Source: a virus
Lineage: Duplodnaviria; Caudoviricetes
Direction: 5' to 3' (one strand)
IMG/VR virus record: IMGVR_UViG_3300042258_000071
Span: 172,444 to 236,443 of that record
DNA length: 64,000 bases
This document shows, one piece after another, positions 19,647 to 29,182 of the stretch. Position numbers and translations under genes: made by a program. A model generated the notes under the pieces. That model searched no databases and was not told the origin of the DNA. It saw nothing but the letters and a program-made list of their open reading frames with translations. Numbering within the stretch: position 1 is the stretch's first letter; the number at the start of each line of letters is the position of its first letter.

Positions 19647-20789
19647 ATGTTTTATCTCCTATATCCTCTTCTACGTCAATCTAACTTATACTCAGATACG
19701 ACAGCGAACTTCGGATATATCAATGATCATTTTCTACAAAGTATAAATGATTCAGATGGATCAGCCTCTCTTATTCTTATGGATCTTGTAGATATGGAAT
19801 TTAGAACAGGATATAGTCTTAAGACTTCACAGTTGCATCCTCTCTATGGAAATCTTTATAAGACTGTTAATCTTCAAAAACTACCCTCTGGAGATGCCAT
19901 CCTTGAAGTTGTACACTACAAAACCTCTCGCGGATACATGCCTTTCCGGGCGAAGTATCGAACCCAAAATGGGACCATGCCCGTACGATATGTATATGCA
20001 ACCAATCTTGAAACCATCATGGCTACCTTATTTGGACAAGATGGCTATATTGGAGTTAGTGATGTTTTAAGTGAAATTGCAGATTCTATAAATGCGTATG
20101 GTACTGATAATCAAGAAGATCTCATACCGTTTTCATTTTCAGCAGAATGCCTAACTTCACGTATCATTCACACTCTAGATCATATGAAATTTAGCAGAGA
20201 TGCACTATTTACAGGGAAGTCCCCCTTAGAAATTAAAGGGTATTCTGGATTTACAGAATATTTTCAAACAGGATACATTCCTTCAAATTTCATACACCAA
20301 GAACTCACCAAATCCCCCTTTCCAGGATTTGGATACCCAGACGCCCTAAAAGTCTCACCGCAAGATATGGGTGTGTTAATCGTTGAGGGTACATACGGAG
20401 AATTGGCTTATGTTGCCGATCTGCTTGAGAACTTATTCTTAACAGATATGGACCTGACATACATCGTCATGCAGGGTAAGATCAAACATCGTATCATCGA
20501 ATATTGCATCGATCGCTTTCGACACATCATCCGCCCACATACCGAGGATGACATTCGGTGTGATATGATTGCGACATATCTCACACAAACATTTATCCCC
20601 TCACAGCATCCAGACAAAGATCTTTTAGAATGTATTCATAAAGGGTTAGAGCTTCGTATTATCAAGACTTTTAATGATGAAGCTTTAATTGTTCTAACAG
20701 CTCCAGATTATAAACAAGAACCATTTGCTATCTACTACATTGATTTCATTGTACATACATTTATTTCACAATCTATAGGGTTCATATAA
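19647..20789 (+). CDS. hypothetical protein
   Basis: 380 aa; AGGAG RBS. Confidence 0.8.
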   Translation: MFYLLYPLLRQSNLYSDTTANFGYINDHFLQSINDSDGSASLILMDLVDMEFRTGYSLKTSQLHPLYGNLYKTVNLQKLPSGDAILEVVHYKTSRGYMPFRAKYRTQNGTMPVRYVYATNLETIMATLFGQDGYIGVSDVLSEIADSINAYGTDNQEDLIPFSFSAECLTSRIIHTLDHMKFSRDALFTGKSPLEIKGYSGFTEYFQTGYIPSNFIHQELTKSPFPGFGYPDALKVSPQDMGVLIVEGTYGELAYVADLLENLFLTDMDLTYIVMQGKIKHRIIEYCIDRFRHIIRPHTEDDIRCDMIATYLTQTFIPSQHPDKDLLECIHKGLELRIIKTFNDEALIVLTAPDYKQEPFAIYYIDFIVHTFISQSIGFI

Positions 20790-20859
20790 GAGAGGTGGGG
20801 ATTACCCACCTCTCTTATACTTATTTTTTGTCATGGTGAAGGTCAAAATCTATCATCTA

Positions 20860-20874
20860 TATATTACTTAAGTG
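20860..20874 (+). promoter_or_regulatory. early promoter TATATTAC-N5-TG
   Basis: Exact motif. Confidence 0.75.
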
Positions 20875-20905
20875 ATTCCATTTCACCCTAAAGGAGGCCC
20901 ACCTT

Positions 20906-21073
20906 ATGTTTATTATCATCGATTACATGTCTGTAACTATCTGCGAACATTTCAAGTTATCGGCTACGCCGATAACGGAGTTTCCCCTTATGGCGTCACA
21001 CTTTGAATCTATATGGAGTTGTATTTTAAAATTTAAAATACAACTCCATATTCTTATGCAACATTCTTTTTGA
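20906..21073 (+). CDS. 55-aa ORF or truncated paralog of the next gene
   Basis: AAGGAGG RBS; MFIIIDYMSVTICEHFKL resembles MYIFEFSNSFTIVEHFKL of 21145. Confidence 0.55.
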   Translation: MFIIIDYMSVTICEHFKLSATPITEFPLMASHFESIWSCILKFKIQLHILMQHSF

Positions 21074-21144
21074 CAATTTCAAAGAAATTTGAGTGAACAC
21101 TCTACCCACTTCATCAACCCCCCCCCATCTAACACGCAACAAGG

Positions 21145-21900
21145 ATGTCTATTATGTATATATTTGAATTCTCGAACTCGTTCACTATCGTTGAACACTT
21201 CAAGCTTGAAGTTTTGGATCCTCAGGAAGTTTCGCGAGAGCAACGATCGATGTCACTGGATGATATCATCTCCAAAGATAGTCAAGATGATGTCATTAAA
21301 TATGTGAAAGAAAACATGGGGGCTCCTCTCTTCGATAAAATCTGTGCGGACGATTACCTACGATATGACTTGAATGGACCTATGGCCCTTCTCCCTGAAC
21401 TGGGAGAGATTTTACATAAGAAACTGAATGCAAAAAATCTTCTAAATGCGAATGCGGGCGAATGCGTCTACTATGCATCTAAATGTGCGATGAAAGTCGT
21501 CAATGACAGAAGAGATATTACACTTTCACACCAGTCTCAATCCCTGGACATTCTGGGGTACCAAGAATGTCATTACGAACTAGGGAAGAAAGGACTACAG
21601 TCGTTTTATACGAATGTGGCGCGACGATACCCCATGCAGGGAGCAAGAGCTTTCTCTAAAGGCAGTGCCTTTAAAGACCTCATACATTCCGAGGCCATAT
21701 CCAAACCATTCGACATTGAGAATGGCCGCGTGATTGAAGAATTTGATATTCTAAGAATTGAATCTTTTGTTCATACGTCTGGATTCATGAGAACTGAACG
21801 CCAGGAAGATGTTCCGACGTGGATCATGATAATACCTGGTATCGGATCACAAGTATATCCTATCCCCCTTGAACATGAAAGACTCTATCGTCAAATTTAA
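21145..21900 (+). CDS. hypothetical protein
   Basis: 251-aa ORF with AAGGA RBS; true start may be ATG 21154. Confidence 0.75.
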   Translation: MSIMYIFEFSNSFTIVEHFKLEVLDPQEVSREQRSMSLDDIISKDSQDDVIKYVKENMGAPLFDKICADDYLRYDLNGPMALLPELGEILHKKLNAKNLLNANAGECVYYASKCAMKVVNDRRDITLSHQSQSLDILGYQECHYELGKKGLQSFYTNVARRYPMQGARAFSKGSAFKDLIHSEAISKPFDIENGRVIEEFDILRIESFVHTSGFMRTERQEDVPTWIMIIPGIGSQVYPIPLEHERLYRQI

Positions 21901-22285
21901 AAGAAAAGACCAGGTGACTTATTTTGACGGAAATAACTGTGCACTAGACGCGTTATGGTGAAGAAATCAGGTTGCTACAGATCTCACAGAACAGCTCTTG
22001 AGTGAACATCCCTCTCGGAAAATACCGGAAGAATTCATATACAAATCCATCACTACCAAGAAAGATTGGGGAACATTGCTACGGTGAAAATTTAGAGTTA
22101 CGATGAAGAGAGGGCTTTTAAAGCCCTCTCTTCATGTCATTACGAAACGACGCGGATATCACACACTCGAGGTTGTACTATGTTATCTTCCAAAATATTA
22201 GCCGAAATGCTGAAGCAAGCTTTACAGCAAACAACACAAGTTATAAAAATATTTAGCAGATGACAGTCATCATGAGGAGCTATAA

Positions 22286-22678
22286 TTGATAAAAGTATCC
22301 CTATTCTACTATAAGACGTTGTCACATAATCAGATTCTAAGTGTCACGCTTCAAAATCGAATGTCGGGGGAGGAACTTACGATTCAAACGCCCGCCATGG
22401 CCGACATAGCCAAACTTCAAAATCTTTCATGCGATCCCAACACCATAAACGTGCAGTCTCATGAAGAATTTGATGACGTTATTGTTAAATTTTGTGGTGA
22501 TAACCCTAAGTTTCTAATGACGACGTGCTGGGGGAATAGTATTGAATCCTCATCTCACATCCCTCATAACCAATATTTGGAGTTTCGAAATCTCATATTG
22601 GACCAGCAGAAAATTCAACATTGGCCGATGACGGTAGTGTCCGCATATTTGGAAGGTGGGTTCTTTAAACGGTATTAA
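22286..22678 (+). CDS. hypothetical protein
   Basis: GAGGAG RBS with TTG start. Confidence 0.65.
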   Translation: MIKVSLFYYKTLSHNQILSVTLQNRMSGEELTIQTPAMADIAKLQNLSCDPNTINVQSHEEFDDVIVKFCGDNPKFLMTTCWGNSIESSSHIPHNQYLEFRNLILDQQKIQHWPMTVVSAYLEGGFFKRY

Positions 22679-22735
22679 AGTCTGTCACTTCAAAGAGTGG
22701 GATATCTATCTAAGAAAGGAGGTTAGATACGAAGC

Positions 22736-22909
22736 ATGGTCGATCTATCAAAAGAAATTAACGCGAATAAAAACGCTTCTGATAAAGACAAGAAGAAAAA
22801 GGAGGTTTTAAAAGAAGGGTTCTATGTTCCAGAGGAATATTCCGGAACCATCAACATTGGTAGTGTTGATGGTTCAGACTCGGAAAATCTAGGTGAGAAA
22901 GATGCTTAA
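22736..22909 (+). CDS. 57-aa hypothetical protein
   Basis: MVDLSKEINANK...GEKDA; AAGGAGG upstream; below the ORF-track cutoff. Confidence 0.5.
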   Translation: MVDLSKEINANKNASDKDKKKKEVLKEGFYVPEEYSGTINIGSVDGSDSENLGEKDA

Positions 22910-22995
22910 ATTAATTCTTGAAGGTCCCCCACTGCTTCAGGGTAGACCTTTAAATCGATCGCATTCGAACGCATTCTAAAAGAGGAGCGTAGATC

Positions 22996-23273
22996 ATGTC
23001 TAAACAACAGGTCCATACCTAGGATCCTGCACAAATTGTGGAAAACTATCTTTCATCAAAGGAGATCGGGATCGGGATACAGAGATATGCTTCGACTGTC
23101 ACAAATTATTATCGGGAGACCACTGTGACTACTGTGGGAACATCTGGACAGCCGATGTCCACGTCCATGACACCACCTTCTTTGACAGGTGGAAGACTTC
23201 TATCCATGAGCACTCTAAAGATGGAATTAACCATATTAAAGAGTTCTTCGATTCAGATCATCTTCTTACTTAA
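22996..23273 (+). pseudogene. frameshifted small Zn-finger protein
   Basis: GAGGAG plus ATG 22996 reaches TAG after 8 codons; the -1 frame (23004-23273) encodes CTNC, CFDC and CDYC but has no start codon. Confidence 0.6.
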
Positions 23274-23299
23274 AAGTGGTGTTCATGCACACTTAGGTA

Positions 23300-23314
23300 T
23301 ATATTACTAGTATG
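23300..23314 (+). promoter_or_regulatory. early promoter TATATTAC-N5-TG
   Basis: Exact motif upstream of 23376. Confidence 0.75.
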
Positions 23315-23375
23315 AGCATAACACAATATCCTCATCAGGTAGGGTGTTAAATCTTAAAAATTAAAGGAGACTAAA

Positions 23376-24380
23376 ATGAGTAAAATTGAACAACCTCTAC
23401 CGACTTCCCAGCATATACAAACCCGTTCAAGTTTGTACTACGAACGGGGTAATTTAACAGATATATGTGTCGGCCATACCTGTGCCGAAACACTCGCTAC
23501 TGGATGGGGTGCAATTGCCCTTTCAGACGGGGAATTGTCGCCAAAGGCGACCATCATGGATGGTCCATATGCCATGGCGATTACAGCTGGTAATAATGGC
23601 ACAGCAACCGTCGAAGGGGATGATAAACCCAACACCTCAATCCTGGTTGCCCAGGGGGATGGAAGTAAGACTGTCTCCACGGGGCATGGTAATCTACACA
23701 TGGCCCAGGGTATTGGAGTCACTGCCAAGGCCAGTGGGGTTGGAAATGTTTTGGTTGCAGTAGGATCTGGGCATCGCCCAGAGACTGTATCCACGGCGAC
23801 GGCACGTGGGGACCAAAATACGGCTCTCACAGTGGGGGTAGGTTCGAGGGTAGAGATAATCGGGACCGGTGGGCTTGGCATCTGTAGGGGTAATAACACC
23901 AACAGCAGGACTAACGGAGATCGAGGAATGTCGATCTCCGTTGGTGATGAAGCAGAGGCACAGGCCGGGAATGGCGATTTCGTAACTGCCATCTCGAAGG
24001 GTATCCGTGCCAAGGCCACGGCGTATGGGCATGCACCCACCGCATTCGTGGCAGGGGAGTATTCGGAAGCCCTAAGTGCAGGGCCGTGGGCAGTGGCCAT
24101 CGCCACCGGTCCGTTCAGCTCCGCCCGCGTAAGAAGTAGTAATGGAGTGGCTATCTCAACCGGGGATGCCGGTAAAGTTCGCTCAACCTTCGAGGGTTCA
24201 GCAATATTCCTTATAGAACGAGATGAAGAATATGGTCGAGACATTGTGAATGTCTTTGCCGGCATCGTCGGTAAAGACGGTATCAAACCCGCAACATGGT
24301 ACACCCTCGTACAGGGTGTACTTACCGAAGTCTCAGACGAACCACTCCCCGACGACTCTGAAGACCACGAAACTATGTGA
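23376..24380 (+). CDS. Gly/Ala-rich beta-solenoid repeat protein
   Basis: ~9-aa A.A.G..S repeats; C-terminal GIVGKDGIKPATWYTL typical of this phage family; AAGGAG RBS. Confidence 0.8.
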   Translation: MSKIEQPLPTSQHIQTRSSLYYERGNLTDICVGHTCAETLATGWGAIALSDGELSPKATIMDGPYAMAITAGNNGTATVEGDDKPNTSILVAQGDGSKTVSTGHGNLHMAQGIGVTAKASGVGNVLVAVGSGHRPETVSTATARGDQNTALTVGVGSRVEIIGTGGLGICRGNNTNSRTNGDRGMSISVGDEAEAQAGNGDFVTAISKGIRAKATAYGHAPTAFVAGEYSEALSAGPWAVAIATGPFSSARVRSSNGVAISTGDAGKVRSTFEGSAIFLIERDEEYGRDIVNVFAGIVGKDGIKPATWYTLVQGVLTEVSDEPLPDDSEDHETM

Positions 24381-24492
24381 ATATACAAGAGATGGGAGGG
24401 CTTCACCCCTCCCATCTCTTGCTCCTCTTATTTTTTTTTCACTATTATCGTATAGCCCATTTTTTTTTCACACTTAGCATATTAGGTGTTAT

Positions 24493-24915
24493 ATGGCGGA
24501 ATCCAGTACAACAAATTCCTATGGCCTAGTTGTGGAATTTTTAAACCGTATCAATTTTAGTGACCCAGCCGTGTCTATTGTAGGGATGTCATGCTTTGTC
24601 ATTTGCTTCATCGCTTTCCTTGTTTATAGGTCGTATTCACAATCTCAAACTTTAAGACTTCAATCCCCCCATCCATCCCCAACAGTAGAGGGGATGGATT
24701 ATAATGATGTCATTAAGTTAATAGCAAGTATGCTCGAAGAGACCACACGATCTGTTCACGAGATGAACTCTACAACTGAGAAGTTCTGTGATAAGATCGA
24801 TAAGCTAGAAGATTCGTTTAATAAGTTATATGATCGCATTGACAGAGTCGCTGACACCCCTTACCGAGGACCTCCACCAGGGAGAGATCCCAATACACTC
24901 ACAGATACGCCATGA
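24493..24915 (+). CDS. membrane protein with coiled coil (holin-like candidate)
   Basis: TM segment SIVGMSCFVICFIAFLVY followed by a heptad-rich region. Confidence 0.6.
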   Translation: MAESSTTNSYGLVVEFLNRINFSDPAVSIVGMSCFVICFIAFLVYRSYSQSQTLRLQSPHPSPTVEGMDYNDVIKLIASMLEETTRSVHEMNSTTEKFCDKIDKLEDSFNKLYDRIDRVADTPYRGPPPGRDPNTLTDTP

Positions 24916-24924
24916 TAGTTACAG

Positions 24925-24962
24925 ATACAAGAGAGTGGGGCAGATGCCCCACTCTCTTGTAT
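24925..24962. terminator. bidirectional terminator-like hairpin
   Basis: 18-bp perfect stem between convergent genes. Confidence 0.75.
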
Positions 24963-24964
24963 AT

Positions 24965-27514
24965 TTATAGATTTGCATATGTTTTAAGAACAACATGATC
25001 GTTATAATGGGTTGGTGTTAAAATATTCTTATCACTTAAAACAAGAATGTCTGAATTAGATAACCCTGACCATATGGCGGAGTGATGATTAACAATGAAC
25101 ATTTGAGAGACAAGATTTTGATCCACAATCTCAGTAAAAAGTGTGAGAAGGTTTTGCTTATGATAGTGATCAAATCCCTTTCCAATCTCATCAAGACTGA
25201 TAGGATATTTTGAAAGATTAAGGTGATAAATAACCGATAACATAAATGCTAAGTCTATCATTTCCTTTTGAGCATCGGAACATAGTGAGATATCTGGAAC
25301 AATAATGTCTCCAGATTGTGCTTTGAATTTATAATCTAAAGGATCATGAAGATCCACTGGGATGACTTCAAAAGGATAACTAAATACTAAATCAATATAG
25401 AGATTCATTCTTTCAATGAGACTATTTACAAACGATACAGTATATTTGTGAGGAATGCCATCTTTGGGAGATAATGCTTTTTCAATATATTCTAATTTCT
25501 CTTTCTTTTTTAAGATTTTCTTGATTTGATGTTTGATTTCACCTGTATATTTAGCAGAGAGAATTTCTTGATGACGCAAAGTGTGATCAATAACCCCCAT
25601 GCGTTTGAGGTAATGATCTTTGGCATCTTGACCAATGTCTAAAAGATCGCAATATAAATCTTTAAGATGTGACTGTCTTGAGATTTCATAGAAGGTGTCT
25701 AGCTCTATAGAGGTATCATCCACCCATTTTAAGGTATCTTCATATTCACATAATTTAGAATACAAATGTTCATAATACGCAATGTCATTTGTGGTACGAT
25801 CTTGTTTACACCTTAAAGTGTTTAGAGTGACCATTTTTTCATTAAGAAGATTTTCTGTAAATGTAATTTCTGAAGTATCTGTCTTCTCAAGTTTCTCTTT
25901 TATCTCGAGTTTATTAAGGTATTCAGCTTTAAGATCTTCAACTTCATAAAAACATTGAGATCCTTCATAATGCGCATGTAAAATATGATAGATATGCACA
26001 GGGTTAGATTGAAGTGTATTTAAAAGCTTTAACCCCTCTAACTTAGAATTTAGTTCAGGATACTCTCGTAATAAGGTTACAATATCTAAAATCTTAGGGA
26101 CATAAGGATGTTGTTCTTGAAGTTGTTCTGAGAGATGGTCAACATAGAACTGACGTCGTTTTAATTTATGATCAATTTTTCTTAAAGCTTCTTTTAATTT
26201 AGAGAGCTTATCATGTACAACATCATGTTTTAAAACAAATGCCGAATATAAAGGACATATGTCAAAAGAACAGTTAGTTTTAGGAAGGTCATCTAGTGAA
26301 ATGTCTAACTCTCGCGATAAGTCCTGACATTGAGAAGTATAGTGATCTCTTTGACCTTCTAAGATTTTAATCTGTTCACTTCGTCTATAAAGACTGTTTT
26401 GTTTTAGTTTCAATTTCCCACTTTGAAGAAGGGCTGTTGAGATCCCAATAAAAAAAGATGTTAAAGACTGTAACATATCAATCTTTTCTTTAAGAACAGG
26501 GAGACGTGTACGTGTGAAAGGGTCAGTGATATCGGATATACATTGAGATTTTAAAGAGATGGTTGCTCGTAAGGTCTCTAATGTATTTTCAAGGTCTTGA
26601 GTATCTTCTTGATCTTTAAGACGCTCCAATACATCTTGGTATCTAGAGATTTCTTCAATCAGCGTTGTAATTTGTTCGAAATACATACTGTCGTGAGCTT
26701 TGAGAGTATCTATCTTGGATCTCGTGTCTTCTTTTTGAAAGATAATATCTTCTCTAGGAACCTCTTTAAATATAGAAAGATTTTTATAAACTTTCTGACA
26801 TTGAGCTCGAATCTGATCAAGATCTATGTTACATGAAGTTTCAGTTTTAAGAACGGATATCTTCTCTTCAAGTTGATAAAGAGTTTTAATAACTCCTTTT
26901 AAATGTGTATCGATTTCTTCTCGTTCATCTACGAGTTCTGTTAAGATCTCTTCACTTAACAATTCAGACCTTAACTCAGCTTCGCGTTCATGTAGCATTG
27001 TTAAGTTATTTTTACACGCTTTTATCTGGGATGATATTTTTTTATGATACTCTAAAATAAACTCAATGGAGTAAAGATTGATAAACATTAAGATGTTCTT
27101 ACGATGACCAGGGGCCATCATGGTTAGTTGGTATTTTCCAGTAACAATATCTTCAACACGTTTAGTGTAAGATAGATGTGATCTTACAAGATCTTCTTGT
27201 ACAGAGGTCGTACCCGATTCGTTAAGTTCTTTACCATCTTTTAAAAAAGAGTGAGAATGACTTTTAATTCGGAAATCTGATGTCAGAACGTAAATATGTC
27301 CTTCATGACTTAACTCGATCTTCTTATATCCAAAATTAAAATAATCTGACCGGTTCGCAGGGAGAGGACTACATTCTCTTAAAAGAGATGACTTACCAGA
27401 TCCATTTGTTCCTAAAATAAGTTGAACAACAGAGTCAGTATCTAAGGTCAATGTTTCAATACCAAACGAAGAGAAGGCTTTAAGCTGATGAAGTTCGATT
27501 TGAATATATTTCAT
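24965..27514 (-). CDS. sbcC: SbcC/Rad50-like SMC ATPase
   Basis: GTNGSGKS Walker A, long coiled coils, CSFDIC hook-like region, LCSDAQ signature, ISLDE Walker B, VNHH H-loop. Confidence 0.9.
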   Translation of the reverse strand: MKYIQIELHQLKAFSSFGIETLTLDTDSVVQLILGTNGSGKSSLLRECSPLPANRSDYFNFGYKKIELSHEGHIYVLTSDFRIKSHSHSFLKDGKELNESGTTSVQEDLVRSHLSYTKRVEDIVTGKYQLTMMAPGHRKNILMFINLYSIEFILEYHKKISSQIKACKNNLTMLHEREAELRSELLSEEILTELVDEREEIDTHLKGVIKTLYQLEEKISVLKTETSCNIDLDQIRAQCQKVYKNLSIFKEVPREDIIFQKEDTRSKIDTLKAHDSMYFEQITTLIEEISRYQDVLERLKDQEDTQDLENTLETLRATISLKSQCISDITDPFTRTRLPVLKEKIDMLQSLTSFFIGISTALLQSGKLKLKQNSLYRRSEQIKILEGQRDHYTSQCQDLSRELDISLDDLPKTNCSFDICPLYSAFVLKHDVVHDKLSKLKEALRKIDHKLKRRQFYVDHLSEQLQEQHPYVPKILDIVTLLREYPELNSKLEGLKLLNTLQSNPVHIYHILHAHYEGSQCFYEVEDLKAEYLNKLEIKEKLEKTDTSEITFTENLLNEKMVTLNTLRCKQDRTTNDIAYYEHLYSKLCEYEDTLKWVDDTSIELDTFYEISRQSHLKDLYCDLLDIGQDAKDHYLKRMGVIDHTLRHQEILSAKYTGEIKHQIKKILKKKEKLEYIEKALSPKDGIPHKYTVSFVNSLIERMNLYIDLVFSYPFEVIPVDLHDPLDYKFKAQSGDIIVPDISLCSDAQKEMIDLAFMLSVIYHLNLSKYPISLDEIGKGFDHYHKQNLLTLFTEIVDQNLVSQMFIVNHHSAIWSGLSNSDILVLSDKNILTPTHYNDHVVLKTYANL

Positions 27515-27709
27515 AATCCCTCAAATATCTGGGTAACCTATGTATAAGATCATTCTCCCTGCGAATCTTTTAATCCCGTATATACATACTTATATATGTT
27601 ACAGTATCTACTATATGAAGACACCTACAGAAGTGTCTATTTTTTAAACCAACATTTAAATACATTCATTAGGGCCTATTTAGAGGTATCGATATAAGGA
27701 ACGCGGGCA

Positions 27710-28372
27710 ATGACAGACTATCGCTCAATAACTTTTCACTGTGAAGAAGATGGTTATCTTTCTACTGTTTTTGAAAAAAAGAATGGACAGAAAGAAGTAC
27801 ATCCCTATAAAACAGAACATTGTCTTTATAAATCACCTAATATTGCAAGATCTCTACCAATAACAGATCAAGTATGCCCTTTCTGTAAAGGACTTGTAAC
27901 TTTAACACATGACGATCATGCCTATTGTTTAAATCTCAAATGCCCAGGGGCATACATGCCCACCTTAACACTTCAAAGTCTAATGCTTCAACTCCCACCA
28001 GATCTTCATGAGGTCATCTGTAGTTTAGGGATGAAAAATCCTCATTTAGAGTTTTCCGATTTTCTAAATTTAGCAGATGATCAAGTTAAGAAGTCTTATA
28101 AGAAAATTCTTCTCCAAAATATCAAAAGTCTATCTGGAACAGATTTTATGACATTTATGCGACTTCCTAAGTTTGTGATTGAAGATCTTACTACAGATTG
28201 TCAGCCGATGCTTAGCAGTCCTATTGAAGTCTACCATGCGATTACATCTGGTCAGTTTAAGATGGATAAACTAACACATCCATCTTCTTTTGGATTGGCA
28301 CTGTCATCGTTTGGAATTGTGAATCGAGGTTATGTTTTACGTTTTCTCGATACTACCACGCGCGTACGTTAA
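27710..28372 (+). CDS. protein with an NAD+-ligase-type Zn finger plus helical domain
   Basis: CPFCKGLVTLTHDDHAYCLNLKCP (C-x2-C-x13-C-x4-C). Confidence 0.6.
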   Translation: MTDYRSITFHCEEDGYLSTVFEKKNGQKEVHPYKTEHCLYKSPNIARSLPITDQVCPFCKGLVTLTHDDHAYCLNLKCPGAYMPTLTLQSLMLQLPPDLHEVICSLGMKNPHLEFSDFLNLADDQVKKSYKKILLQNIKSLSGTDFMTFMRLPKFVIEDLTTDCQPMLSSPIEVYHAITSGQFKMDKLTHPSSFGLALSSFGIVNRGYVLRFLDTTTRVR

Positions 28373-28393
28373 AATTCATAGAGCTTTAACGTA

Positions 28394-28408
28394 TATATTA
28401 CCATTATG
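28394..28408 (+). promoter_or_regulatory. early promoter TATATTAC-N5-TG
   Basis: Exact motif upstream of 28473. Confidence 0.75.
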
Positions 28409-28472
28409 ATTCGCCATATTTTAAGGCGTGTCTATCCGGATACAAAAAACATCTCATTAGGAGAGTTACATA

Positions 28473-28994
28473 ATGAGCGATAAAGAAAACCAGACCCCAA
28501 AAGAAATGACTGAAGGGGAATCCTCGGCCGTTGAATTTATCAATTCAAAGGCAACCTTTGACACCAAGAAGGATACCTTCTCAGTATCCCGTAAAGAGTA
28601 TTACGCGTACGGAGCACAACGGGGTGTTCCCCAGGAAATGTTCCAGTCTGTAAAAGACGTGGATCAAGATCTTGGATCAGCAGCTATCCGAGTTGCTGCT
28701 GATAAATTGGCAGTAAAAGTCAAAGACGCGTTAAAGAAAGGTGAGGACCCGAAGGACCTGGAATTCTCGGGTACGATTCAGACCGCGATTGGGAAGATCA
28801 GTGCACGCGTTATGGCGGAGCGTGTTCGGACCGTTCCAAAACGTGTAGATAAGGATGGTAATGTTCTATCCGAACAATCTACCATCACAAAACACGGGCC
28901 ATCATCTCTACAGGTTATTGTGTCGAAGGGTGCTAAGAAAGAACCCGGGTTATATGCCCAAGATCGGATCGCCGCTGCGATGAAAGGGAAGTAA
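28473..28994 (+). CDS. probably abundant early protein of unknown function
   Basis: Own promoter and terminator, AGGAG RBS, GC-richer codon usage like the capsid and chimallin genes. Confidence 0.8.
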   Translation: MSDKENQTPKEMTEGESSAVEFINSKATFDTKKDTFSVSRKEYYAYGAQRGVPQEMFQSVKDVDQDLGSAAIRVAADKLAVKVKDALKKGEDPKDLEFSGTIQTAIGKISARVMAERVRTVPKRVDKDGNVLSEQSTITKHGPSSLQVIVSKGAKKEPGLYAQDRIAAAMKGK

Positions 28995-29182
28995 CTCTTC
29001 TCTCCTTGACGACGACTGCAATATATAAAAGGGAGAGGGGACAATCCCCTCTCCCTTATTCCTATTTGTTTATTTTTAGGCTTTAAAACTAAAGCATGCT
29101 TAACTATTTCATCTCTAATACTTCTAAATTTCAAGAAGTAAGGTAGAGATACAGCCCTCTTAACATATGGAGTATGAGAACA

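Noticed and set aside
21905-22095. Possible small ORF remnants
   Set aside because: No consistent start, RBS or frame.
23038-23310. 90-aa ORF from the ORF track
   Set aside because: Runs into the next promoter; the overlapping frame with three CxxC motifs is more protein-like.
23438-24415. 325-aa antisense ORF
   Set aside because: Shadow of the Gly/Ala-rich sense gene; no RBS or promoter; it starts inside a terminator hairpin.
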